Source: Octopus sinensis | Lineage: Eukaryota | Direction of reading: 5' to 3' | NCBI RefSeq assembly: GCF_006345805.1 | Contig: NC_042997.1 | Location: 101,804,001 to 101,868,000 of the forward strand | Length of the DNA: 64,000 bases | Shown here: piece by piece, positions 1-12,968 of the stretch | Layout: every line of letters starts with the position of its first letter | Numbering within the stretch: the first letter of the stretch is position 1 | The notes under the pieces: model-generated | Databases searched by the model: none | The model's input: only the letters and a program-made list of their open reading frames with translations | Told to the model about the DNA's origin: nothing | Program-made: the position numbers and the translations under genes

Positions 1-1854
1 GGAAAAGGAGCCAATCCTCTATTAAATACACTCGTCTGTCTCATGTAACTCTGATTCTATATCTAGATATAGCCAGGTCACTCTGCTAGTTGTATTTAAA
101 AAAAAAAAAAAAACTCTTTAAACTAGAGAGAATTCAGGAAAAAGAAAGAAAAAATTTAGTTTTATTAGAATATGCTATGCTAATCATCAGTTCCTCTTCT
201 CAAAATTTTTGAAAGAAAAATTAAATATAAACTAATGACAGGATAGGGATGTGGGTGCATTTATTCCAAAATTCAATCGAGATTTTTTTAATTTATAAAA
301 TTAAGATTGAAAGAACATTTTATATTTTCAGAGAATCAATAAACATTTTAAACAAATATATTCAAACAAGCGTTTCATATGTAATTTTATGGGACATAAA
401 CTGAACAAATAATCTAGATCTTTAAAAAGAAAATCAGATTGTAGTTTTTCATTGCATACCCTTAATGTCTAGGTTTAAAAATTTGGTCAAAAGTTCATAT
501 TATACATGAATAAATATGGTATTTCTTCATCGTGAAGACAATGACCAACAGTGCATTTCAGATGAAATTTCTATTTTTCTTTGTAGATAAATATTAGACA
601 AGCTTCACAGATTTCATTTGGCACTAAAAAAGATTATGCTATATTATAACCTAATTGATGTTAACATTTATCTTTTTGTTTTATTACTATATCAAAGAAG
701 GAAATTCATTGTCTATAACCATGAAAGTCATAAGGAGTTATAAAGTTGGGGTTTAAGTGTGATTATTAATATGGAGTTTGCAGTTAGTTTTGAGTTCAGC
801 AGCAATGAAGCAATCCAGAATGAATGACTTCATATAGATGGCATGTAAAATAAGGAAGACAGAGACAGATTATGATTGCAAAAAAATAGAAAGATGAGAT
901 AAATGTGTGTAGTGATAGTGTATAATTAGCAAATTTGGATGAATCTACAGGAGTAGATAATAAAGAAGGTAAGGTGAAAACTCTGCACATCGGTGGAGCA
1001 GTGTTTAATAATACTGTATTAATTTTAAATTTAAACTAATCATTATTAGAGGTAGGTTAAGTTTCAACTATCACTGGTTACTTCTCTTAATTGATGGATA
1101 TCTGAAATAATATTAAACTGTTTTAGATTTTCTTGGCAAATCTTAGGAAAATTAATTTCATTTTGTTTTTATGACTGCTTTTTCCTTGCTACCTAGCATG
1201 GGTTAGGTGAGTATATAAATAGAAAATATACAACAGAAGAACTTTAGAAGGGGCTTTAACTATACCACCTCCATTTATACTGTTGTATACATTAATCATT
1301 TGCCAAACTCCTGTTATAAGGAGGTATCTTACTTAAACTAATGTTTTTACATTGGTATTTAATTGATTGGATCAATCCCTACCCAGTATATGACAGGGAA
1401 GAAATTGATATCTGTTCGTATTTTGGCAATGTCACAGTGAAGAAGAAATCAACTCTGATAAAATTAAAACTAAGAATGAAGAACAAAACTATATACTTCA
1501 TAAGTATGTATATGTGTGTATAAATGTAGGTGAGTATACATGCACAAACACTGTTCTACTTCCTTTGTTTTTATATTAATATTGAAGAAAGGTAAAACAA
1601 TAAGCAGGTTCTATAAATAAATTTATAAAATTAAAAAAAAAATTCTCACCATAGTTTAAAACAAATGTAAAGTTCAATTTATAATTCAGTTGAAGGGTCT
1701 AATAGTTAAGGAACATTAATAAGGTGCATATAGATATTTTTTTGTGGTCTATCTATTATGATGCATTCAAAAGTAATTCATATGAAAAGGATTTTTGCAA
1801 GAAATCAAAAATTAAAAATAACTTATTGACAGAAAAAATGGTAACTTCTTTCAC

Positions 1855-1995
1855 CTTTGTTTGTCCAAGATCACAAGGTGGTGGTTGTTTAAGTACTTGT
1901 TTCACTGTTTGTACCAAAGTATCAGTTGGTAACACTTTTATGGCATCCACTAATTGAACTAATAGAAGTTGGTCTTCGCAAGGTACTGGTATTAC
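1855..1995 (-). CDS. DOP1A: DOP1 coding exon 15 (last visible; gene continues left of window)
   Basis: VIPVPCEDQLLLVQLVDAIKVLPTDTLVQTVKQVLKQPP, resembling human VIPAASEEQLLLVELV...IQTVKEVLKQPP. Acceptor atttcag|GTA, donor AAG|GTGAAA, 141 nt. Confidence 0.93.
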
Positions 1996-3385
1996 CTGAA
2001 ATTAAATAAAATTTATATCTTAATAAGCATATTAATAGTTTTCAAATGAAAATTTATGTTGCATTAACTATCACTCTTTTTAGTATCAAAAAATTTCAGT
2101 AGCTAAAAGTAATTTTAAAAAATTATTTAGTAGCTGCCATTTTTGACCCTCAAAGAAAAATAATATTCTTTAAAAATAGAATAATCTCTAAATTGGAGAG
2201 AGGAAGAATGTTTAGTGAAACAGATAAAAATTCAATACTAAAAAATTTGTCTTTCTTTAAAACTGTTTAGTTAGTGGATGAAGGGGACAACCTAGATGAC
2301 ATTTGCAGGCCCCTTTCTTCTTAGCTAGGTGAGATTAATTCAGTTGCTCAACTTAAATATCTATGTTTTGATTCATGAAAGGAAGACATGGATAGGGAAG
2401 GAGTTCTAAAAGGCTGTAACTTCTAGTAAGAAGAACTGGTATGCAGCTTGTCAGTTTAGTGGAGCAGAACCCTTAGTAGTGGTAGTAAGAGAATAAAATA
2501 ATGGTAACAATGGATTAGAAGTTGTTGTGCATAGGTGAGTGAATCTTTGCAGTGGTCTTTTTGTAACTGCAATCTTCTATAGATGCAGTGAAAATTTGAA
2601 AATTAATGAGTTATAGAATATACTTCCTGCTGGGTGGTTGGTGTTAGGAAGGGCATCCAGCTGTACAAATCCTGCCAAAACAGCCACAGAAGTCTGGTGC
2701 AGGCTTCTGCTTGGCTGGCTCCTATTAAACTGTCCCACCCATGCCAGCATAGAGGGCAGACATTGGACAATGATGATGATGAATAAGTGCAGAAATCATT
2801 GTTCATTTTAAAGTCCACTTTCCCATGCTTGTATTGTCAGATAGTTTAAGGTAAATTTTCTACAGGCAGACACACTTCCTGTTTCCTAGCAAGTTAATAT
2901 ATTTCCCCATGGTCAGACATGTTTTGCAGAATATTGGAAAGGAATAACACTGCTTGTATGACAGTGACACTCATTTACAACTATGATGCAACACCAAGAC
3001 ATGAAGATACACGCACACACATGGTGGGCTTCATTCAATTTTCAATACACGGTTTTGGTTAGTCCAAGACTATAGTAGAAGACACTTGCCCAAGGTGCAA
3101 TGCAAAGACACTCAACCAGTAACCAAGTATTTGGGAAACAATTATCTTAACCACACAGCACCTGCACCATATCCACTTCTGTATCAAGTAAATATAAAAG
3201 TAAAAACTGGTAACATAAGACATAAACCAGTTCTGATTGAGAATAAAGCAGGTGAGGCTAGTGTAGTATTTCTAAGACATTAATAAAAGTAAAATACTCA
3301 AAACCCTGGAATGTTTCCAAAATTGATAATTGTCATTTTACCTTTTCTTACTGAATAATTATTCATATCTTTGAAAACATAATAC

Positions 3386-3511
3386 CTTTTTATTATAGCC
3401 AGGAACTTTTCGTCTTCTGTCATTCCAGGCAACAGCAACAGAGCCAAGTAAATTGCAGCCATGAGGAACAGCAACAGGACTGAGAAATTCCAAAATATAT
3501 GAACGAACAAC
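3386..3511 (-). CDS. DOP1A: DOP1 coding exon 14
   Basis: Manual translation VVRSYILEFLSPVAVPHGCNLLGSVAVAWNDRRRKVPGYNKK, resembling human LRQQILELLGPISMNHG...AIAFVWNERR. This is a different frame from track ORF 3298..3522. 126 nt, acceptor ttcttcag, donor AAG|GTATTA. Confidence 0.92.
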
Positions 3512-3816
3512 CTGAAGAACAAAAAAAAATAAATAAATAAAAATTTAAAAAATAAAACTGAATATGAATTGTTTATAAATCAATGTATATAAGTTGAAAC
3601 AAATTGTTGGCGTTTTATGTTTTTTTAATAATTTTTTATGCTGTCCTGTCTTATAATATAAATAGTTAGACTGTCAATTGTATTTCTCTATTTAATTTAT
3701 TGTTTGTATTTTGTATTTATACCCCTATTTCTGTGGCATTCAACTGACATACCAGTGAATTGGATGTTTTACACCCCATTGAAGGAATTTTTTCCTTCAT
3801 TTATTACATATATATA

Positions 3817-4677
3817 TTGGGTCATCCCATAAATAATGCATTTTTTTTTATTAATCTAAAATATACTCCCCATTTTCTACATTGCTCTTCCATCTATTTG
3901 GTAGACGTGCAAGGCTCCCCTCTTCCAAAATTCACTTGTCTGTGACAAATACTCCTCTACTACTCTTCTGATCTCATTTACAGAATTCATATATTTTTCA
4001 TCCAAATAATTTTGAAGACTGCAGAATAAATGATAATCAGATAGGGCAATGTCCAGTGAATATGGTGAGTGAGGTATCTTTCCCATTCAAACTGCTTCAG
4101 TCTTTGGAATGTCATCCTCACAGCATGTAGTTGAGCATTATCCTGATGGAAGAATACCTTTCATCTTGAAATCAAAGACGGTCATTTTCCTTCTAGCACT
4201 GACTTGAATGACTGGTTGAATGACCAAATCCAAACTTCTCTGCTAGTTCTTAAACAGTTACAATGGGATTTTGTTCCACCAGGGTTTGCAGGACATCCCT
4301 GTCAAGCTCTACAGATCTTCCAAGATAAGGCTCATCTTCTAGGCTATAATTTCCAGCTTGAAATTTCTGGAACCACCACTGACACTGATTTGCGTTTATT
4401 CTTCGATCCCCATATACTACATTAATATTCCTTGCACTTTCTGTTGCATTGTTGCCGTTATTGAACTCATAAAGCAAAATATGCTCCTTTGTCACTTCCA
4501 TTATAGCTTTGAAAAAATAACTGTTAAAATAGAAATGCACTCTTCAAAACTTGCACCAAGAATAAGTACAAAGTAAAATTACTACCTGCTTTTATAGCAA
4601 GTTGATGCAGGTAGATTATCTTCCCGTTCGACTTTTAGTTCATGCAATTGAAAAAACTGCATTATTTATGGGATGAC

Positions 4678-4681
<4 letters not shown>
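3817..4681 (-). mobile_element. Internally deleted mariner (DD34D) transposon, 865 bp
   Basis: Perfect 24-bp TIRs TTGGGTCATCCCATAAATAATGCA at 3817-3840 and 4658-4681, with TA flanks. Minus-strand HTH N-terminus (ILLYEFNNGNNATESARNIN) and catalytic C-terminal half (HQDNA...34 aa...PYSLDIALSDYHLF). The WVPHEL linker and first catalytic D are deleted, and stops and a frameshift are present. Confidence 0.9.
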
Positions 4682-4714
<33 letters not shown>

Positions 4715-5417
4715 CTGATGAAATTATAGTTACCGATTAGATACTTAGCTTAAGAGCAGAATGCATCAGATTCAGACATGAATATAAATCAACTGGTAAT
4801 AACAATTGTATCTGTTTTGGAAGAAGAACAATTTTGCAAAGGAGAAGGTACTGCTTATGGAATCAATCATAATATATTATATGTACTTATTTAACTCCAA
4901 GAGTATGCAAAGGAAAACCAGCCATTTGAACTTGGAGCAACTAGGTATAGAATTTTAGGCACTGCAAAGTAGCATTTGGCTTATAACTGCCAATAATATT
5001 ATGCTATACAACTGTTATGATAATGTTGCCCTAATAACATGTCTCAACATCTGTCATTATCAACAGTGTATTTTTGTTTGTTTTTTAATCTAATTTTCAC
5101 CATGACAGTGATACATTAACTTTTACATGGGTCAATCCCTATCAATGTTGGTTCTGGATTTGGTGATGTTTCCAGTAACAGGGCTGTTTTTTTAAAAATT
5201 ATTTGTTGAGTTTGGAGTGAATATGACCTTTGCAGGCTCTCCAAAACCAGTAAGGTTAATGATATTAATTACCATCATCATTTAATGTTTCTTTTCCATG
5301 CTGGCATAGGTTGGATGCTTCAACATGAACTGGTGTGCCTAGGGACTGTGCCAAGCTCCAATATCTGCTTTGACATAGTTTCCATGGAGTAATGTTCATC
5401 ATAGCACCAATCCCTGT

Positions 5418-5740
5418 GAAGGTGCTTGGCTAAGTGGTTGGGCTATTTGGCTCAATATCATAAGGCCATGAATTCAATACCTGGCAGTGCATTGTGTCCT
5501 TGAGTATGACACTTTATTTCCTGATGCTCCAGTCCACTCAGTTGGCAAAAATGATTTATAGCTGTATTTCAAAGAGCCAGCCTTGTCACATTCTTTGACA
5601 AGCTGAATCTCCCTGAGAACTATGTTAAAGATAGACACTTCTGTGAAGTGCTCAAGCACTTGCATGTTAATTTCATGAGCAGGCTGTTCTGCTGATTGGA
5701 GCAACTAGAGCCCTCATTGTCATAGTGATGGAGTGCCAGT
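5418..5740 (+). repeat. tRNA-derived SINE with V-SINE-like core
   Basis: A box TGGCTAAGTGG, degenerate B box GAATTCAATACC, core GTGTCCTTGAGTATGACACTTTA. An inverted homolog lies at about 54850-55180. Confidence 0.65.
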
Positions 5741-6243
5741 TTAACACAAACCCCTGTACAGAGGGTACCGGGTGTTTTTTATGTGATACTGGCACCAGGG
5801 AGGTCACCAAATAAAATATGATAGAGGGAACAGGAACAAGTGCCATGCTGTAGGGAAGATGCAAGGTTACCTGTTAGAAAACAGAGAAGATGAAGATGTA
5901 TCAGAGTGCACCCTCAAGCTGCAGGAAGATTAATGCTATTAATGTTCTATATAACCTGTCAGAGGCAAACACCTGCAGGAAAGGCATCAGCAGAAAGAAG
6001 ATTCCAGAATGCTGATTTGCTAGGGAAGGAGAAGTGGGAATAGAGGTTAGTGCAAGGTGAAGTGGGGAAGTTTTCGATGCAACAACGGGGAAAAGAGATA
6101 GAGAGATGAGTGTACTAAGTTGGGTGAATGAAGGGAACTGCATACTAAGTAGTAAAAATATTACATGCAATTACAATATACCAAAAGAAAATTTTAAAAT
6201 ATTAAAACCAGTAGAACATTTATTCAGTTGACAGAGTTCATAC

Positions 6244-6417
6244 CTTGGGTGCCCCTATAATCCAGTTATGCTGAAGAGCTAAATTTTCTTCTGATTCATT
6301 GATAGCTTTCCATAAAGTAGCCATACACCCAATTATACGTGGAAGTATACTTAAAAGGTGTGTGCGGGCTTCCAAAAGTGGTACTAAAAGTGCAGCATCA
6401 CTTTGGGAATTGGCCTC
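6244..6417 (-). CDS. DOP1A: DOP1 coding exon 13
   Basis: Manual translation EANSQSDAALLVPLLEARTHLLSILPRIIGCMATLWKAI...IIGAPK, resembling human LEARSGILSILH...LW...LGATK. Acceptor ttttttcag|GAG, donor AAG|GTATGA, 174 nt. Confidence 0.92.
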
Positions 6418-8311
6418 CTGAAAAAAAACACAAAAAAATATACAAAATAAAATGTTTAAAGATGAACCAATAAAGATGAACTAAATATAGCCTCAGTGTA
6501 ATTCTAGTCATAGTTTTAAAGGCTCAAATGTTTATTTAGAAAATGAATAAAAAATACTTCATTTATTAAAGAAAATAATTATATTGTAAAAACATCTATC
6601 CTCACTTATTATGGAGGAGGTGGGGTTACCAAAAGAAAAATTACAGTAATAAATGAATCGTTTCTATGCATTTTGCAAATGGAACAAATGGTAGCTTCAT
6701 TGGCACCAAACTCATGGTCCATAACAATGAAGCTTCTACTGCCATGTATTGTCTTCATCATCTCTACTTTTTTCTGTAGAAAATACACTCATATGCATTG
6801 CTTGTTAAGACCAGGGGCCTTTGTGTTTTTTCTGATAACTGGCCCCATATTGTTGGATATGAATATGTAACCTTTCAGCACAGTCATGTAAACACAAGTG
6901 ATAGACAGTGAATTCTGGGCAGCTGAGCATGTGGGTGGTTGCTGGAGTACGTTATAGCAGTACAAACAGAATCTTTGATCACCAACCAGTATTATCACTC
7001 ACAGATCAACTTGTGATAAGTACAACATGGTCCACAATTGAGCATAGCATTTAATCTTTGGTCAGGTGTGAATGAATCATTGATAAACAAGGTTACATGT
7101 AGTGAAATTGCAGCATGCAGAATTTAAGCCTTACAAATGAGCAAATAGCTTGTTAATAATAGCAACTGAAGATGTTAAAATTAATAAGCCAAATAGCAAT
7201 ACAAATAGGTTTCAATTAGGAAAGATAGCTCCAGTGTTTTAATCAGATTAACTGTTAAAATGGAGATGTATCTAATTCACTGTATCAGTGTTGTTTATTA
7301 TAATAATAAAAAAAAAGAGAAAATTAAGAAAATAGAAAGGTTAAAAACAAAACAGACAGATTATCAAATGAACAAAAGTAAATTATATTATCATCAGAAT
7401 TACTATTTTACAGGATATATGATATAATTATCAGTGTATAAATTTAATTTATACAATTTTATTAATACTAAAACTTATGATTCTACTGAATTTTAAAATC
7501 TGGTAAAAAAATAAATTTAAGAAACAAAAAGAAAAATTTTTTTAAGTAAATGAACATCATTAAACTGGAATTCTGATGCTAATTTCTTTTACATAAAAAT
7601 AACAAACAAACCCAATTAAAAAAAGCACCAAACTGAAATATAAAAAGCAAAATGTACCCCCCTTTTATAGAATCTAGTCAAATGTTATAAATCTAATTTG
7701 ATAATTAACTATGGATAACTTATTTTTAAAAGCATAAATTTATAAATGCATTGATCATATTGAATTTATATAATTATACAAAAATTGATGGATAAAATAC
7801 ATGCTATCACCCAAATGATGATTTCCTTAATTGCACAGTCCATGATATATATATATTTATATATATCATATATATATATATGTATATTAATATTTCAGAC
7901 TCAATAGAATATTAAATACATGTTCTTTGAAACCCATTCATAAATAATGAAATATTAAAAATCAAAATATTTTTTGAATTTGTACTTTCAGGTTTAAGTT
8001 GTTTAAAATCTTTAAAATGCTTGAAGGGCAGAATTGATATCAAACTATTTATATACGATTTATTTTATGCATCCTGCAAAAGCAACTGATTTCAATTTGT
8101 TTGAAATAATGATACTAAAAGTGCAAAGACTTTTTCTTAAAACAAAATTATTGTAGACTGATGAGAGAATTTGCAAGTTGAATTAGCAAACTACATTCCT
8201 ACCCTCAAATTTATTATCTTTAAATCAAAGAACAAATATGTATCATAAAATCCTCCCCTCCACTAAATACTATTTATGAGCAAACAATATACAACTCAGC
8301 AGCATGCATAC

Positions 8312-8531
8312 CCGACTACCACTGACTGGATTGAATACATGGATTAAATTGGTGAGGATCTGGCCAGCAGTATATGAATCCACAGCAGATTGAATCCCCA
8401 GATTAGGCAGGCTGTGTTGATTGATTAAGACAGGGGAACTATTGTCCAAAAGACAATAGTGACAAATTCTGGTCAATCCTTCTAACATAGTCAACACATG
8501 GTCTGGAGGAAGACTCTTCATCTGTTGCTTC
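8312..8531 (-). CDS. DOP1A: DOP1 coding exon 12
   Basis: LPPDHVLTMLEGLTRICHYCLLD, resembling human PPDMILTLLEGIT.IIHYCLLD. Acceptor attttcag|G, donor CGG|GTATGC, 220 nt, phase 2 to 0. Confidence 0.92.
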
Positions 8532-9764
8532 CTGAAAATATAAGTGAATCATGTTAATATGCAGGTCTCAGTGGTGGAAATGTGAATGAAGCAGGAATGT
8601 AACTGAAAGTAATTATTGTCTAAATGAAACAGTTTTATTATAAATTGCTTAAGTTACTGCACCCACTCCCATCACAATATCTATTTAATAAGGGTCTACA
8701 TTAGAGTTGGCTGTATGTGGTGCAATTACCATGACCCTTCTGTTCAGCTAGCCATCACTCCTTCTCCTCATCCAGGTTGTCAATAGACAACCATCACCCG
8801 GCTCTGTTACTAGCCATTGCCCACTCTCTATCATAACACCAAACAGTAGTTGCCATCACTGCTTTTTTTATTACTTTTTTCTCTAACACCTTCTTGCTCC
8901 AAACACACTGTTTCTCTCAACATTACCATTCATTATTCTTTCTCTCTTACTCATCATTTCTTTTACTCTCACTTATTTCAGCTTGTCACTTCTATCACAC
9001 TCATTTCCCATCATGCTACTCTTGGTGTTTTCTAGTCAATGTCCTTAACATGTTAGTCTGTCATTTTGTTTTTCATCCCTTGCTTGGTATCTTCATTTCT
9101 TTCTCTGTCTCTCTCATCTATCACCTTCTAAGTCATATTGACTTGAACAAATGGAAACAAAGCAAAGAGGACTTTAATTTTACTGGGGACAAGAGAACCT
9201 CTTTAGTGCAGGTGCAACATGAAACACAACTAGGACACTCTATAAAGTGTTTGACATCAGGATGGTTATTTAGCTTGAACATACAAGACTTGGTCCCCCA
9301 ATCTATCTAAGAGTGAAGTAAATTCAAATAAAAATTGGTTTAACAAGTCCAACCATGCCAGTAAGGAAAAGTGGATGTAAAATGATGATGGTGGTATATA
9401 AAATGAGATATTTCTGCATATCTACGTGCATGAGTATGTATGGCAACTAGTTAGAATCAAATTTTTTTAATGTAAGGAAACTTGCAAAAACTTTAAACAT
9501 AAGTTTTGGAGGAGGTAGATGTGATTCCATCAACAAAATTTCCACAAGGTTTGGCAGTTATGTTTGCAGTAACCCTACACTTCAGAATGCAGGTAATTAT
9601 ACATAAAGTACATATCTATCTATTTTTATATATATATAAACATATCTCCTATTCACATAGTATACAGTGTACATGTGTATGTGCATGCATATGTGTGCAC
9701 ACTTATGTATTAGCACACAATTTATGAATATTTACAGTATTTATGAACTATAACAGATGCTTAC

Positions 9765-11678
9765 CTTTCATCCTTTGGAGTTGTATACAAAGATGAAATT
9801 GATTCAAGGTTGCGGCAAAGCTGTGAAACAACATTCATAACAACCAAAGCCATGGCCTTTCCCATATGTGGCAGGGCAGCTGTTACCATGGAAATCCAGT
9901 GACGATGCATATGAGCTCTATGAGATTGCTTGAGCGCACTAAGAACTGCAGACAAAAACATGCCTTGTTGTACAATGGGCCGTCCTGAGTTATAACGTAC
10001 ACGTGACAGAGAAGGATTAAAGTTTACTTTTGTGCGATCCCAGTCAACGGATGAAGATGTATTATCGTTATTTGCTGAATCCCCACTGGTTTGATTAGGA
10101 CTTCCCTTAATTAACTGAATATGACCCTCCAACATAATCATCACAAGCAACAGGTTTAATAGCTTTATTTGAAAAGTTTCATTAGCACTTTGTTCTAAGC
10201 TGTCCTCGTTAAAGGATATAATAGTTTCAGTGAAACTCACTCGATGCATGACACTGTCTGATATCTGGCGTGAATTGTAGACACTTGCCAAAACAGAGTG
10301 TAGAATAGCTTTCTGCAGCTTGCATTTCATCAAAAGATCACTGATGTAAGAGACAAAACTTTTACCACTTTCTTTCATTATATGGATTAACTCTGATACG
10401 AGATGGGTTAGAATTTCAGCACTGAGTATGTGAACCTCTTTGTTACCATGAAGTTCTTCAAGTGATAACTTGCTCATCATCAGATTTGGATAGTATGATC
10501 GAATGAAGTATAAACAAAGAGAAATCACAATTTCTAAGTACATATTTGTCCGGTAGTTTGATATCACATCCGATGGTAATTCTCCAAAGAAGTTATTTCC
10601 AAAAACTGATTTTCGGTGCCTTGCTAGAAGCATCTGCAATTTTGGCAACTGTTGTAATCTGTTGTTACTGATGCTGGTTGTTGCCATGGCAGTAACCATG
10701 AGCCGAGGACATGTTACAAGCATAGACTTGAGGGTTGATAGCGCATAGAGAGTTTGCTGACAGTCGTATTTCTGCACATAGAGAAGTATATGCATATGCA
10801 ATGTGTGTATACCTGTAGCTTCTTCTTCATTTTCATCTAAATTGTTGCTAATGTTATTTGATGATCTACCAAATGGTCTAGAGAGATCGGATTCACTGCC
10901 AGTTGGAGAATCAATCTCTAATCCTCTCTTATCAATAGCATTCAGGAGATCCTCATCATCAAGGACGCTACTGTCTTTAGACATGGAGCCAGATTTACCA
11001 TCTGGAAGAGAGAAATCGTCGGGAATATCGACTTGTTTGCTCAAAAGCAGTGGCTCCCTTGTTACTTTGTTAACAAGATCATCCAGAATGCCAGTGACAA
11101 TATTTTCACTAGTCTCACCAGCAGGTTCCTCAACAGTGACCACATTATTGGATGGATCATCAGTGACTGTGCCAGCTAACTCTTGCTTAACCCCAGTAGT
11201 CTGATCTTCTATGGGATCAGTATTATCCAGTTGGTCCTTCTCATCAAAATATATACCTTCCTTTAAACAAGTTTCCTTTGTTAAACGTCGGATGCTTCTT
11301 AGATCAAAATTTTGAGCAGGTGGTGGAAGCTCAAATCCATCAAATATAAGCCGATCAAGAGAATTTTCTGATCCACCAAAGGGATTGATTCGGAGCTTGA
11401 GATTCTCTGGGTTCACCCTGTCAAAGGGCATATCAATTTGTGCTCTAGTTGAAGCAGTCAAAACACCAGATCCTTTTTCGTTCATTACAGTTAGAGCAAA
11501 AGATTTCAGCTCTTCAACATTCTTCTTTGAGATATTTTTGGTCTTAGAACTAACATGATAAATAACATTTCCCCCTTCGCTACTGATGGCAAAGATTTTG
11601 GTGTCTGATTTATCCTCATCCACATCTGATAGCTTCACTTTTTGGGGTTGATGGATATTTACATGTTGTATGGATATT
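9765..11678 (-). CDS. DOP1A: DOP1 coding exon 11 (1914-nt large central exon)
   Basis: 657-aa ORF 9761..11734 (HMHILLYVQKYD, LLARHRKSVFG, YLEIVISLCLYFIRSYYP, QGMFLSAVLSAL, HRHWISMVTAALP). Acceptor ctctttccag|A, donor AG|GTAAGC. Confidence 0.96.
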
Positions 11679-12602
11679 CTGGAAAGAGCAATAAAAATAC
11701 AAATAAATAATGACTTCAAACTGATGCTGAACATTAAATGATATAATCAGAGCATCACAAATGTTATAAAATTTTGACAAAATCTTTACTTAAAACACTA
11801 ATTATTGATTAAAACAAATATATAGACAGACATACAGATACAAACACATATATCAGATTCTGGTACAATGAAGAGATTAAGCAAAACTCAGAAGAGGGAT
11901 ATGTCAAGTTGTGAAATCCAGCCTAATTTACCACTTCAAGCTTCACAGAGTGTGGCCTTCATGTGAATAAGTGTGATACATGTTTGTATGTGTGTCTGCA
12001 ACTAATAGTCTTCATCATTATAAGTAAACCTTTTATGTCAACAAATCCATCTACTACTTCAGTATAGATGCATGTCATAGACCAAAGATTCAGTAATCCT
12101 TCCTTAAACCAGAGAAAGAAAATATATAATGTTAAGAGTTGGAGTGAATAGTCTTTGATAGTTTAATTTAACATTTATTTTTCATTGAAGTGTATTTTAG
12201 AAAATATTTATAAAATCAGAATATTTGCATATTGTTGAGACCAAACCCCTTTTTAGATTAAATATCTTTCTGATCATTAATTTCTCAACCATGGAAGTTA
12301 GCAGAATTATGCTTTGATCTTATGTTGCTATTATTCTTGTACCTTGACCTCGTAGATGTTGTACCTGACACACACAAACACTACACTCAATATGAAACTT
12401 GAAGTAGTAAGTTAGGTTGGATTTCACACCTTGACATATCTCTCTACAAATTTAGTATTAATTGCTTTTGGCTGGAATCTGATGTATATGTTGACATATA
12501 TGTATGTCAGTCTGTCTAATCATCTAATAGTAGGTTAACATCGAAAGATTAGTGAGGTAAAATATAAAATGTAACAAATGCTTATATAGAAATATAACAA
12601 AC

Positions 12603-12755
12603 CTGGCGGTATCTGGATGTAAGAGAATAAGAAGGGTAGGTTCTAGAATTCTGTAAATGCCACCACGCTGTATAGTGTGCATTAACCAAGTACTAGCTAG
12701 TGTTTTCGCAGAACTTGTATCTTCACGGAGACTATCTAATACTGCAAACATTGAC
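12603..12755 (-). CDS. DOP1A: DOP1 coding exon 10
   Basis: SMFAVLDSL...ILEPTLLILLHPDTAR. Acceptor attttcag|G, donor AG|GTTTGT, 153 nt. It follows a 109-nt intron. Confidence 0.94.
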
Positions 12756-12864
12756 CTGAAAATATACAAATACATTTATTCATTTGCTATAAGGAATAAG
12801 AAATGTATGAGAATAGCAAGTGCTTTATTTGTATTTAAATAGTAAATCTGAAGTCGATATTTAC

Positions 12865-12968
12865 CGATCAAATGTTCTGAGAGGCATTCCAGGGGCACGA
12901 CTAGTTTTCTTATCACGGATTAAATGCCAGAGAACAGTAAATTTTCGGAAAGCTTCAATACGTTTATT
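12865..12968 (-). CDS. DOP1A: DOP1 coding exon 9
   Basis: Manual translation NKRIEAFRKFTVLWHLIRDKKTSRAPGMPLRTFDR, resembling human EAHAKFAVLWHLTRD...RSFDR. Acceptor T21ag, donor CG|GTAAAT, 104 nt. Confidence 0.93.

Noticed and set aside
1-1854. Search for DOP1 exon 16
   Set aside because: No reading frame resembling the next expected Dopey segment (..LEVCMLQFFYAY..) was found; it presumably lies left of the window.
3298-3522. Hydrophobic TM-like ORF (MFFRLFVHIFWNF...)
   Set aside because: It is an alternative frame over DOP1 exon 14; the phase-0 frame matches Dopey.
8312-8320. Alternative donor G|GTAGTC 8 nt upstream of the exon 12 donor
   Set aside because: It is a weaker match and would put exon 13 out of frame.
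10803-11204. 133-aa plus-strand ORF
   Set aside because: It is the antisense shadow of DOP1 exon 11, has no recognisable motif and has no supporting splice signals.
12756-12864. 109-nt intron among multi-kb introns
   Set aside because: Canonical GT-AG and within the normal short-intron size class.
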